Shown here: positions 20,225-30,700 of the stretch, one piece after another | Layout of the letters: every line of letters begins with the position of its first letter | How positions within the stretch are numbered: position 1 is the first letter of the stretch | DNA from: Polyangia bacterium | Lineage (GTDB): Bacteria; Myxococcota_A; Polyangia; JAAYKL01 | Length of the DNA stretch: 64,000 bases | Direction: 5' to 3' | Assembly: GCA_050287845.1 (NCBI GenBank) | Contig: JBNKCR010000017.1 | Span: 64,001-128,000, forward strand | The notes under the pieces: model-generated | The model's database searches: none | What the model was told of the DNA's origin: nothing | What the model saw: the letters and a program-made list of their open reading frames with translations, nothing else | Made by a program: the position numbers and the translations under genes

Positions 20225-21865
20225 TCAACGCGGGGCGCCGGAGAGTTTGATGCATGCCGCCTTTTCGCGCTCTGATAGCCTCTCGCGATTCTGTTCCTGG
20301 TGAATGGCGCTGAGCATGCAGTGCACGTCGGGATGAAACGGGTTCAGGGCAATGGCGCGTTTGAGTTCATCATCCGCCTCATTGAATTGGCCTATTTTCA
20401 TATGCGCTTCACCCGCCTGCAGAAAAGTGGTGGAATGGTTGGGATACAGGGTTTTCATGGATTCCAGCAGTCGCAGTGCGCCGTCAGCATTGTTCTGCGC
20501 CAGCAGCACCCGCACCAGTCGGTCGACAATATCCGGGGTCATGGTTTCGTTTTTGGTGAGGGCCCATTCGTACTCCCGTTGCGCCGCGGGGACATGCCCG
20601 CGAATCTGAAGCAAATCACCAATGCGGATATGCCGCCGGACTTCCCGATCCAGGGCGGGGTCAATATTGGCCACCCGGGTACCGGGCATGGTCCTGAATC
20701 GACGTTCCAGCAGCGGCACCAGCGCCGCGGGGGTATTGCGGGCGCCTTCGAGACTGTGCTGCCACCATTGAAACAGTTTGGTGATGTTGAATGAAGTGGT
20801 GGTTTCCAGAGCAATGTCCAGGGATTTCTCCGCCGTCGTTTTGAGCAGGGTTTCCAGTGACTGGCCGTCTTTGAACTGAGCGGTGATAAATCGGATGAAA
20901 CTCAATCCCTGGGCATATGCCAGCGCGGCATCCTCCTGGTTGGGAAGATATGATACCGACGGATGAAACCGCCGCAGTGGTATCAATCGTCGCTGTTTGG
21001 CCGCCTGATCCAGCAGATATGCCAGTACCGGTGTGAGCTCGCTGCGGGCCACACCCCGCCACTGGGCCTCCAGCAATTTTGCTATTCCTTCATGGAGCCA
21101 GATGGGCGCCCTGTTCTGAGTAACGCGGGTAATGGCAATATGCGTCAATTCATGGGCCAGGGTATCGAGCCATGGATATCCGCCCACAATAAGCGACGGG
21201 CTCAGAATCATGATGCGGTTATACTTGGAAATGGCCACAGTACCGGTGGCTTCAATCTGTTCTGTGGACAAACCACACAGTTCCGACAGCATTGCGACAC
21301 TGGGGAGGATGTACACGCGAATGCCGGTGGGGTAATCGCCCAGCGTTTCGGTGAGTTTCGCCACCTGGGAAAGCAGGGTCTCCAGCGCATAGGGAATGAG
21401 AATGGAGTCATTGCCGTTTTCGTAGTAAAAGGTGAATCCGTTCCGGGGGGATGATTTCCGAAGATTTCGCGTATGTCTGCGGGACACCTTCACCTGGTCT
21501 CGAAGATATTTCCAATCGAGCTCGGTCCGCATTTTTTCAATGGCGTCTTTCAGGAGTTCATCCGCATGCTTGTAGTCGCCACCGTAAAACGCGAGTTTTC
21601 CCTGAAGGTATTTTCCCTTTGCCGAGTCCCGGGTTCTGGACGTCAGCTCGGACAGTTTCTGCTTTGCGCTTTCCAGTTGATAACTGTCGATATATTTTTC
21701 GATGACCTTCAGGTCCCACTGGGAATCCGCCCGGGATACGGTGCCGTGCACCATGCCGATAAAAAATATCAGTACCGTCATGAACCACAAACCGGTCACG
21801 GAACCATGTCCGGCAGCGGAAGAATGCGGTTTTATACAGCCGCGTTTATCGAACCAGCGTTTCAT
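20225..21865 (-). CDS. TPR-containing peptidase MA-like zinc metalloprotease, exported
   Basis: LAHELTH (HExxH) followed by PIWLHEGIA, LAYAQG; N- and C-terminal TPR-like helices; hydrophobic N-terminal segment. Confidence 0.8.
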   Translation of the reverse strand: MKRWFDKRGCIKPHSSAAGHGSVTGLWFMTVLIFFIGMVHGTVSRADSQWDLKVIEKYIDSYQLESAKQKLSELTSRTRDSAKGKYLQGKLAFYGGDYKHADELLKDAIEKMRTELDWKYLRDQVKVSRRHTRNLRKSSPRNGFTFYYENGNDSILIPYALETLLSQVAKLTETLGDYPTGIRVYILPSVAMLSELCGLSTEQIEATGTVAISKYNRIMILSPSLIVGGYPWLDTLAHELTHIAITRVTQNRAPIWLHEGIAKLLEAQWRGVARSELTPVLAYLLDQAAKQRRLIPLRRFHPSVSYLPNQEDAALAYAQGLSFIRFITAQFKDGQSLETLLKTTAEKSLDIALETTTSFNITKLFQWWQHSLEGARNTPAALVPLLERRFRTMPGTRVANIDPALDREVRRHIRIGDLLQIRGHVPAAQREYEWALTKNETMTPDIVDRLVRVLLAQNNADGALRLLESMKTLYPNHSTTFLQAGEAHMKIGQFNEADDELKRAIALNPFHPDVHCMLSAIHQEQNRERLSEREKAACIKLSGAPR

Positions 21866-24809
21866 AATATTTCCTGATGGCCTCCCGGTAATGCTCCGGG
21901 AGTTGCGCCTTCATAGCGTTCATGATGTCTTCCCGATGTTTTTTAGGCACCTGGTACTCCGTAGGACCGGGGATGAATACCTCCCGGGGTTCGCTGGCCA
22001 CCACTGTTTCAACCAGAACGGTGTTGCCGGACTTCTTCAGATTCTGCCGCAGGGTGGTCAGCTCTTCCAGTGCCATGGTTTGCCGCTTTGCTGCGTCGTG
22101 AAGGTCTCTGCGTTCAAGGGCCGCGGTCCCGTCCCGCATGTATCGGCCCACCACCTTTAACGTCTGCAGCGTTTGAGAGCTGATAAACTGCAAATCGTTT
22201 TTCTGTTCCTTGACCCAGGTGGACAATTTCCGGGCCTCCGCTGTCAATCGTCGCTGACTGGCGGCGAAGGTTCGGATGGTTCGCTTGTCGTGCTCATTGA
22301 AAATGCGATTGGGATTGGGAAAAGCCTCTTCGATGGACTCGATGATTTGCGACGAAAGCTTTTCAATGGCATGCAACTGATTGAACATCCGATCGGAGAT
22401 GGAACCGCTTTTGGCAATCTGAATCCGGGTTCTGATTTCGTCCGCCATTTCCATGGTGCGGTCCAAATCACCCTGTTTCAGCACATCGTGCATGCGTCGA
22501 TTCAAATCCCGAAGGGAGATGACCGTGGTGCCGGTTTCCGATTTGCGGGGGGGTTTGATGCTGTAGATGACGTTGCTCATGCGTTTGACCAGACGCAGTT
22601 GGGACTTCACCAGATCATCAATTTCCTCGCTCATCATATCGAGCACTTTTTCTTTGTATCGCCGTTGCAGGCCAACGGTTTTGCGCCGCAGATTCAATTG
22701 CGATGCCTCGGTTCGGGTCAACCGATCGAGCAGGGACTCCACAAATTTATTGTGTTTGCCGAATCGCTCGTTCTTGAATGCGAGGTGTCCGCCTTCCAGA
22801 TTGGCCATCAGTTGAGAGACCGTGCGTTCCAGTGCGGCCGCCTCCTTGAGTGCATCGCTCACGTTACCGGCACTCAGGGCCTGCTCGATGGCCCTGAAAT
22901 ATCGATCGAGATTCACTGCTTTTTCCAGGGCATGAGAAACCGAGGCGGAACTCACCTGACCGCGCACCCGACCCATTTTATCGGCCAGATACCGAGCCGT
23001 CCGTTGCATTCGCCGAATGGCTTCGAGGATACTGCGGCGGGAGCGTTCAGACCGCTGGCGATCGTAAAGCTGCAACAGATCAAAGAGATCTTTGCGTTGC
23101 TGTTCCAGCAATTTGCCGCTTTCGTTCATGTTGTAGAACTGCAAATCCAGAATGAGGTCGTCCACCTGAGCAATGGATTTTTCGAGCAGTCTCACAGTCA
23201 CCGTATCCACCCCCAGTCGTTTTTTATGGGGGGGAAGGGGCAGTTCGTACAACCGGGATTCGAACAGAAGCTGGTTGGTCAGGTCTTCGCGAATCTGCTT
23301 CCAGGTATCCCGGAGCATGGGCGCCACCCGATGTTCTTCATCGAATCGGCGAAGCAGCCGGACAATCCCGGTCGTCACATCTTCGGTGGCCCCTCGCAGT
23401 TTTAAGAACCGTTCGCGAATTTCATTGTTTTTATCTTTCCCGGTGGGAATGGGGGTGGTGAGTCGAATGGCCAGCAAATCCACCATGGCGTCGAGAATCT
23501 GTCCCTGGCGCACGATGAGTTCCTGCTGCCTGGATTTCGGCGTCATGATTTTTACGGAGACCGCATTGGAGTTGCTGAATTTAGGGCCTCCGATGGTGTC
23601 GTCATCGTAGGCGCGTACCAGCAGTTCCACTTCCTGCACATCTTCCAGTTTCACGCTGGTGACATTCCAGCGATAATCGCTTCGCAGGTGGGTGACGTTG
23701 GGGGCCGCATGGGCGATGGTTTTTTCAACATTGACATCCCGCTCGCTGCGCACCAGCAAATCCACATGGCCGATGCCGTGGTCATCGTGGGCTTCAAATT
23801 CAATGTGTACACTGCCATCGGCGTCCACTTCGAGGGCTTTGGCCGGGCGAAGCAGTCGGATGGTGGGACGTCGGTCGGTTTCCATGTGAATACTGCGGCG
23901 CGGCCCGCGAATCATCTGCCATTCATTTCCCAGGGAAAGTGAAAACCATTCCAAATCGTCCACCACGAATTTTCCGGCGACCCGGCCATCCGGGAGAAAT
24001 CCAAGATTCACGTGGGTACCGTTGGACAGATCGATGGTGCCGGTGATGGCGTCGGCTTCAATCGGAGCGGCTTCCAGAATGACGGTGGTGCCCACCGGGG
24101 CTTCCAGACCCCCGGAAAACGCCTTGAGCACCCGGTCTTTTTTCCCCAGGTACTCGGGATAACGGAGTCTGAGGGTCAAATCCCTGACCACCGGATTCAG
24201 TCGTTCCTGAATCACGGTGGATTCGGGCAGTTCCTGATCGGTGATCAGATTGTTCAGTCCGGCCACAATGACCGCCTCGTGGGTGGCGGTGAAAAAGAAC
24301 GTGGACAGAGTGGCCAGGGCGAAGAGAATGAGAGGGGCCAGCAACCTGCGAAATGGCAACACCACCCAGGGCGGAATGCGCTCCAGCAGTTGAAAGGTCA
24401 GCGCGAGATGACTCTGCAGCAGAAAGGGTGAAAAGGGAATGCGGGCGCCCGGCGCGATGAACTGGTCCGCACTGACGATGGCCGAACGGTCGTCGGGAGA
24501 CACGTTGCCGATAAGTCGGGCAATGGCCGACGGTTGCGCCAGTGCCTGAAGGGGTGCGAACAGGGTGAGGATGAGAATCGAAGTGACCACCAGCATCCAG
24601 ATCACGAATCCGGTGATACGGATATCGTTGCCGCCCCACCACCCCAGGGCGAACAGCAGCGACGTGGTGAGGACCGGAATGGTGATGCCCACCCATAGCA
24701 GCGCGCTCGACCACACATGAATGCGGGCGCGTTTCCGGTAGGTTTCAAAGGCCTTTGAAATCCGTTCGATTTGTTGGTCCAGGGTGAGTTGTTCTTCCAT
24801 GTGGTTCAT
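21846..24809 (-). CDS. DUF4175-family membrane-anchored coiled-coil protein
   Basis: Three N-terminal TM helices, DxxPxI, AHDDHGI, AYDDD..GP motifs, long helical region, C-terminal LPEHYREAIRKYYETL. Confidence 0.75.
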   Translation of the reverse strand: MNHMEEQLTLDQQIERISKAFETYRKRARIHVWSSALLWVGITIPVLTTSLLFALGWWGGNDIRITGFVIWMLVVTSILILTLFAPLQALAQPSAIARLIGNVSPDDRSAIVSADQFIAPGARIPFSPFLLQSHLALTFQLLERIPPWVVLPFRRLLAPLILFALATLSTFFFTATHEAVIVAGLNNLITDQELPESTVIQERLNPVVRDLTLRLRYPEYLGKKDRVLKAFSGGLEAPVGTTVILEAAPIEADAITGTIDLSNGTHVNLGFLPDGRVAGKFVVDDLEWFSLSLGNEWQMIRGPRRSIHMETDRRPTIRLLRPAKALEVDADGSVHIEFEAHDDHGIGHVDLLVRSERDVNVEKTIAHAAPNVTHLRSDYRWNVTSVKLEDVQEVELLVRAYDDDTIGGPKFSNSNAVSVKIMTPKSRQQELIVRQGQILDAMVDLLAIRLTTPIPTGKDKNNEIRERFLKLRGATEDVTTGIVRLLRRFDEEHRVAPMLRDTWKQIREDLTNQLLFESRLYELPLPPHKKRLGVDTVTVRLLEKSIAQVDDLILDLQFYNMNESGKLLEQQRKDLFDLLQLYDRQRSERSRRSILEAIRRMQRTARYLADKMGRVRGQVSSASVSHALEKAVNLDRYFRAIEQALSAGNVSDALKEAAALERTVSQLMANLEGGHLAFKNERFGKHNKFVESLLDRLTRTEASQLNLRRKTVGLQRRYKEKVLDMMSEEIDDLVKSQLRLVKRMSNVIYSIKPPRKSETGTTVISLRDLNRRMHDVLKQGDLDRTMEMADEIRTRIQIAKSGSISDRMFNQLHAIEKLSSQIIESIEEAFPNPNRIFNEHDKRTIRTFAASQRRLTAEARKLSTWVKEQKNDLQFISSQTLQTLKVVGRYMRDGTAALERRDLHDAAKRQTMALEELTTLRQNLKKSGNTVLVETVVASEPREVFIPGPTEYQVPKKHREDIMNAMKAQLPEHYREAIRKYYETLVR

Positions 24810-24914
24810 GTGTTTTACAGGGGACCTGAAAATCGTCCCGGGTCCCCCATGCGCCCGCTCTCAGAGTTTGCAATTGTCCGTTTCTCTGTGTATGGATAGT
24901 ACAAAAAGATAACA

Positions 24915-26471
24915 ATGACAATTACAGGACTCACTTCAGAACAGACGCGCAGTAACCGCATTCTGGCCATTCGCGGAAGCCGGGGTGGGGTTGGTGCGAG
25001 CATGATTGCCACCAATCTGGGGATTTTTCTGGCCCAGATTGGCAAACGGGTGCTGCTGGTGGATGCGGATTTGTGCGATGGCGCCATGCACAACTGGTTC
25101 AGCCATCTGGAAACCGAACGATTCATCACCCAGGTGCTGACCGATCAGATGCCCATTGAAAAAGCTGCCACCGCCACCGACATCACCGGATTGTATCTGC
25201 TGGCCGGGGGACGGCAGATGCAGGGCAGCGATTCTCCCTCCGCCGAACAGACCGACCTGCTGTGGCACCAGATTGAGCGGGCGCCGGTAGATTTGGTTGT
25301 CATTGATTTACCCAGTAATTTCAGCATATTCACCCACACGCTCTTCGCCCGCTCCGATATTTCGGTGGCGGTGACCGTGCCCCTTCCCGATGCGGTGTCG
25401 TCCACCTACCGGTTCCTGAATGCCAATTGGTTTCATCAGTTGATGCACATTGCCGGCGAATCCAGCGAAGGCGTGTCGATGCTGATTTCGGATGCCATGG
25501 CGCCCCACCGTCACCCGGTCACCCCCCGGCAGTTCACCGAGGAACTGCAGTTTCTCGACGAGAGCGCATACGAAGCGGCATGCCGGCTGAGCACCCGGTT
25601 TCATCCCCAGCTCATCGTGAACCAGATTAAAATAAGGGAAGATGATGACCTGGGCAATTCCATGGTTTCCGCCGCCGCAAGATGGTGTGGTATCAACGCC
25701 GGTGTCCTGGGCGCCATTGGCTGGGACGACAATGTGTGGCTGGCTCAGCGCCGCAGTCGGGTGCTGCTCACCGAATTTGCCCGCAGCCAGGTCTGTAAGG
25801 ATTTGGAGCAGGTGGTTCGTCGAATCATGGGCTTTGGTCTCACTGAGCTTTCCCGGCCGGTGGCGGTGCCTCCCCCCACGGAGTCCCAGAATCTTTACCA
25901 GTTGCTCGAAATTTATCCCGGCGCTTCCGAAGAGGAAATCCGGCGGGCGTACAAGCAGATTCGGCGGTGGTTCGGCATGGAAAGTCTGGCCATTCGCGGC
26001 GCTGCCAGCGAAAAGGCGCGCCGGGCATTCGAGATGAAAGCCGAAAAGGCCCATGCCAGTCTCCTCGACCGTTCTCTGCGCCGGAAATACGACCGGAATC
26101 ATTTTCCGGAGGGCATGGTGGCAGAGGTGGATGAAGATATTGGCCAGAGGGACAGCATTGCCGGTACCGTTGCGGCCACCCGGGAGTCCCTGCCCGAGGT
26201 CCGGATACACGATGATGATGTGGTGGATGGTCGATTTCTCGCCGCCCTTCGCCGGAAGCGGGGGGTTGAACTGGCGGATATTTCCAATCGGGCCAAGGTA
26301 TCGTCGAGATATCTGTCCGCCATCGAAGAGGAACGGTTCGACGATTTGCCGGCGGCCGTTTTTACCCGCGGCTTTGTCATGGAGTTCGCGCGGTTTCTCA
26401 AAGTCGACCCCCGGCGTGCCGCCAGTGATTTCATGAAAAAATTTTCCACCTGGGAAAACCGGAAACATTAG
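24915..26471 (+). CDS. MinD/FlhG-like P-loop domain fused to a J-like domain and a RodZ/XRE-type HTH
   Basis: GSRGGVGAS...RVLLVDAD...VIDLP; NLYQLLEI.P.AS.EEIRRAYK...R..YD; LADISNRAKVSSRYLSAIEEE.F..LP..VF.RGF. Confidence 0.8.
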   Translation: MTITGLTSEQTRSNRILAIRGSRGGVGASMIATNLGIFLAQIGKRVLLVDADLCDGAMHNWFSHLETERFITQVLTDQMPIEKAATATDITGLYLLAGGRQMQGSDSPSAEQTDLLWHQIERAPVDLVVIDLPSNFSIFTHTLFARSDISVAVTVPLPDAVSSTYRFLNANWFHQLMHIAGESSEGVSMLISDAMAPHRHPVTPRQFTEELQFLDESAYEAACRLSTRFHPQLIVNQIKIREDDDLGNSMVSAAARWCGINAGVLGAIGWDDNVWLAQRRSRVLLTEFARSQVCKDLEQVVRRIMGFGLTELSRPVAVPPPTESQNLYQLLEIYPGASEEEIRRAYKQIRRWFGMESLAIRGAASEKARRAFEMKAEKAHASLLDRSLRRKYDRNHFPEGMVAEVDEDIGQRDSIAGTVAATRESLPEVRIHDDDVVDGRFLAALRRKRGVELADISNRAKVSSRYLSAIEEERFDDLPAAVFTRGFVMEFARFLKVDPRRAASDFMKKFSTWENRKH

Positions 26472-26517
26472 GAAATTGAGGGGACTCGTCGGGGAAGTGA
26501 GTCGCCGGCAGCCGGGG

Positions 26518-27384
26518 TTATCGGGTCCGGCGGCGATCGATGTTGATTCCGGCATTCACAATCACCACAAATTCGTGTTTCCGGTAGGTCTCTTCCAGAT
26601 TGAAACCGGTAATCAGCATAAAATGGGGAACCACCTTCTTTTTCGTGTCGAAAGGCTCGGCATAGATGTCAACGCCCACCCGCTGACGCCGGAAGTGGGT
26701 GCTGGGCTGCCATGTGAGGGAATAGGACGGTCCGGCAAACAGCATTCTCGACTCATGGCGAACCAGTATGTCGTACATGATGCTGATGCGCTCCCCGAAG
26801 ACAAAATCGTTGGGCTCTGACAATGACTCAATATCCCAGTTATACCAATAGGGGGCTTCGGAGTTGGCGCCGTACAGCATCAGTTGGTTTTCATTGCGCA
26901 GCAGCACGCCGTGGTACAGGGCCTGGAGCACCGGAGAGATGACCATCCGATGGGCAGTACCGAACTTTCCGAGTGAAGACCGGGATATATCGTCCTCGTC
27001 ATGGGGCGCGTCGACCGTATCAAATTCCGTCAGGGCGCCGAACGCACCGTGAAAGATGAAATAATCGTACATTACCTTCAGTTTGAACAGCGCAACGGGC
27101 ATCCACTCTCCGTGTACCCCGATACTGGTCGCCGCCGGATTCACCGTGAGATGCGGGCCGCCTTCCACATGGGACCAGACCATGTTCATTTTTTCCCGGA
27201 GGGGAAGGTTGTAGCTGGCTTCAAATGCACCGAGTGCCGCGAAGCTGTTGTACTGCACGTACAAATCGGTCTGAACGTACCAGCCGGGCCGGAGCAAATC
27301 TGTGGCGCTCCTGTCTTTTTCGTTTCCGTGGGCAACAGCACAAATCAACGTAAACAACACAATGGTCGGAAAATGGCGCTTCAT
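26518..27384 (-). CDS. Exported hypothetical protein, probable beta-barrel
   Basis: Signal peptide MKRHFPTIVLFTLICAVAHG; aromatic-rich beta strands. Confidence 0.55.
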   Translation of the reverse strand: MKRHFPTIVLFTLICAVAHGNEKDRSATDLLRPGWYVQTDLYVQYNSFAALGAFEASYNLPLREKMNMVWSHVEGGPHLTVNPAATSIGVHGEWMPVALFKLKVMYDYFIFHGAFGALTEFDTVDAPHDEDDISRSSLGKFGTAHRMVISPVLQALYHGVLLRNENQLMLYGANSEAPYWYNWDIESLSEPNDFVFGERISIMYDILVRHESRMLFAGPSYSLTWQPSTHFRRQRVGVDIYAEPFDTKKKVVPHFMLITGFNLEETYRKHEFVVIVNAGINIDRRRTR

Positions 27385-27774
27385 GGGTCGTCTCCGGAAA
27401 ATCCGCTGATACAGCGAGCGGATCAAAAGGATGATTATTAAATGAAACGTACCATTTTTTCTGGCGGGATGCACTCTCAAATCAGGAAGGAAGATATCGA
27501 CTTCAGCGGGGGTGGCTGTCCGGGAACGAACTATCCGGATGAAACTATCGCCATGCCGTTTATCCGGAGTGAATCCGGATTGGGGCGGGGATTGTTTATT
27601 CGCTCTCAGATTATATATCAAGAGCAATGCGATGTTTCTACTGATGAGGCAGTTTTCCTTGCTATTGCTGGACGAAATTGCTCTATACAATTTTGGGTTT
27701 CGTGAGTATAAAAGTTATTCACAGGTATAAAAAGATCCGGAAAATCCGGTTTGCAGGAGTTGAACAGGAAACAT

Positions 27775-30700
27775 ATGCAGCGTGACTTGATTGGTATCGA
27801 TATTGGGTCCACCAGCGTGAAAATTGTGCGTTTGCAGGGCAGCATATCTATGGCACAGCATGCGGTGATGGCCCATGATGGCAACGTGCCGCACACCGTG
27901 AATGTATGCCTCGAAAAGCTGGGGGTGACGGATACGTGCAGGCCTTTGGCCCTGGTCACTGGCACCGAGGGCCGATTTCGACTGAATCTGCCGGAAGTGA
28001 TTGCCCCATCCGCCATCGAGTATGCGCTGACGGGACTCAACCTGAATGCCAATGCGCTGGTGTGTATGGGCGGCGAAGACCTGGTAGTGTATGTGCTGAA
28101 CGACGCCGGTCAGATCACTTCCACGTTTTCGGGGAACAAATGCGCCAGTGGCACCGGGGAGTTTTTCAGACAGCAGCTCGGTCGCATGAATCTGGCAACC
28201 GATGATATTGAAACCGTTGCCCGGGATGCCACCCTGCAGAAGCTGTCGTCCAGGTGTTCGGTGTTCATGAAGTCTGACTGCACCCACAAGCTCAACAAGG
28301 GCGAAGCCACGCCGGGCGATATCGCTTTGTCCCTGAGTAAAATCATGGCCGACAAGGTGAGCGATTTTCTCACCAAGACACGCATTGAAAGCGGCACGGT
28401 CGTCCTCACCGGCGGCGTGACACAGAATCCGTTTATCCGGAAATATGTGGTGGAAGCCTGGCCGAACCTGAATATCGAAGTGCCGGCGGAAAGCCCGTAC
28501 TTCGAAGCCCTGGGCGCTGCGCTGTTGGCCGAGGAATTCGGGGCTCCATTGCCCCCGGCGCAAGATCGGTTCACCAACAAGGAGATTCTTTCCTACGATA
28601 CGTATCCCTCTATTCGCAGTTACGCTGATAAAGTGCGATACATGCCGTCCATGCGCGGGGTGTACGATCCCGATGCGGAATATATTCTGGGCGTGGATGG
28701 GGGGTCCACCACCACCAAGGTGGCGCTGGTGAACGCGCGTACGAATGAAATTGTTGCAGCGCATTACGGAAGGACCCACGGCAATCCGGTGCAGACCACC
28801 CGGGTGTGTATTGAAGAAGTGAAAAAGCAGATAGGACTCGATGCCAATCCCCGGATTTCCCTGGTGAGCACCACCGGGTCGTCCCGGGAACTGCTGGGGG
28901 TTTTTCTGGGCACCGGTGCGGTGTTTAACGAGATTGTCGCCCACACCACCGGAACTACTTTTTTTGATAAAGAAGTGGACACCATTTTTGAAATTGGCGG
29001 ACAGGACGCCAAGTATGTGTCCATCAATAACAACGTACCCATCGATTACGCCATGAATGAAGCGTGCTCCGCCGGAACCGGATCTTTTCTGGAGGAGTCC
29101 TGCAAGGGCGACCTGAATATCAATGAGGCCAGCGAGATTGGTCCCATCGCCATGAATGCGGAAGCGCCGCTCAAGTTCGGCGAGCATTGTTCCGCCTTTA
29201 TCAATTCCGATATCCGCAAATCCATTCAGCAGGGCGCCCGACGGGAAAATATTGTGGCGGGGCTTATTTTTTCCATAGTGTCCAATTATCTCAACCGGGT
29301 GTCCGGAAATCGCCGCGTGGGCAATCACGTGATGCTTCAGGGCGGGGTGGCCAAGAATCCGGCAGTCCCCCTGGCGTTCGCGCAACTGACGGGCAAAGAT
29401 ATTGTGGTGCCGCCTGATCCGGAGCTGATGGGCTGTTTCGGCGTGGCGTTGCTGGCAGCGCGGAAGGCAGATGAGGGATTCATTGAAAAGGGAGATTTCA
29501 CCCTGGATGGGTTGCTCCACAACGAAATTCTGACCCGGGGTTCCTTTGTGTGTAAGAGTTGCGACAACTATTGCACCATTCGTCGCCTTGAGGTGAATGG
29601 GACCAAATATCCCTTTGGCGGGCGCTGTTCCAAATTCACCAACATGCGCCGGAAAAAGAAGGACAGCGATGAAGCGGTCAATTACGTGGCCGTACGGACC
29701 CGGATGCTGTTTGAGCAGTTCGCCCCGCCTCCAGATGTCCACAAAGATGCCCCTGTTTCGGTGGGGGTTCCCATGGCGTTCTCGGTGCACTCCCTGTGGC
29801 CGCTGTATTCATGGTTCTTTCACGAATTGGGGGTGAACCTTATCCAGTCCACCCGAATTCTCGCAGATGGCATTGCCCGTATTGAGAGCAACTATTGCTT
29901 TCCTTCGGAAATCGCCCACGGCGCCCTGGCGGACGTGCTGGAGAAAGACCCCGATTTCCTGTTCATGCCGTTTTTCCTGAAGATGCCGTCCATGGAGGAG
30001 GGAGACGTTCACGCGACGGTGTGCCCCCTCACCCAGGGAATGCCCTTCTTTCTGAAGCAGGCGTTCGAGTTGTCGGAGGACCGAATTCTGCGGCCGGCAG
30101 TGGACATGAAGAATCACCTGCGCGATTCCGGACGGGAATTCGAGCAGATTGCCATGCGGATGGGATTCACCCGGGAGCAGGGCGCAGCGGCATACGAAAA
30201 AGGGGTACAGCAATACGAAGCGTATCTCACCGAATATCGCGCGCTGGGCAAGCGGGTCCTCGAAGAGGTGGCGGCTCATCCGGAAAACAAATACATCTGT
30301 CTTCTGGGTCGACCGTACAACGCATTCACCCGGGATGCCAATATGGGTATTCCGCGGAAAATTCTTTCAAACGGAGTCAGCGTGATTCCCTTTGACATGA
30401 TTTATGAACCGGACGCGAAGATTTTTCCCAACATGTACTGGTATTACGGCCAGCAGGACATGAAGGCGGTCCGAAAGACGGCGGAGGTGCCCAATCTGTA
30501 TCCGGTGTGGATTTCCAATTTTTCGTGCGCCCCGGATTCGTTCATGCTCCATTATCTGCGCTGGATGATGGGACAGAAGCCCTACCTGGTGCTGGAAATC
30601 GATTCCCACTCTGCGGACGCGGGGGTCGATACCCGCATTGAGGCGTTTCTGGACATCATTGACAGTTTCCGGAAAGGCGGCTTTGAAGCCAATGTGAAAC

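Noticed and set aside
27715..29790. 691-aa antisense ORF, and similar long shadow ORFs such as 55636-57099, 25308-26555, 22173-23405 and 40437-41663
   Set aside because: They lie opposite well-supported genes, carry no motifs, and are expected from GC-rich codon bias
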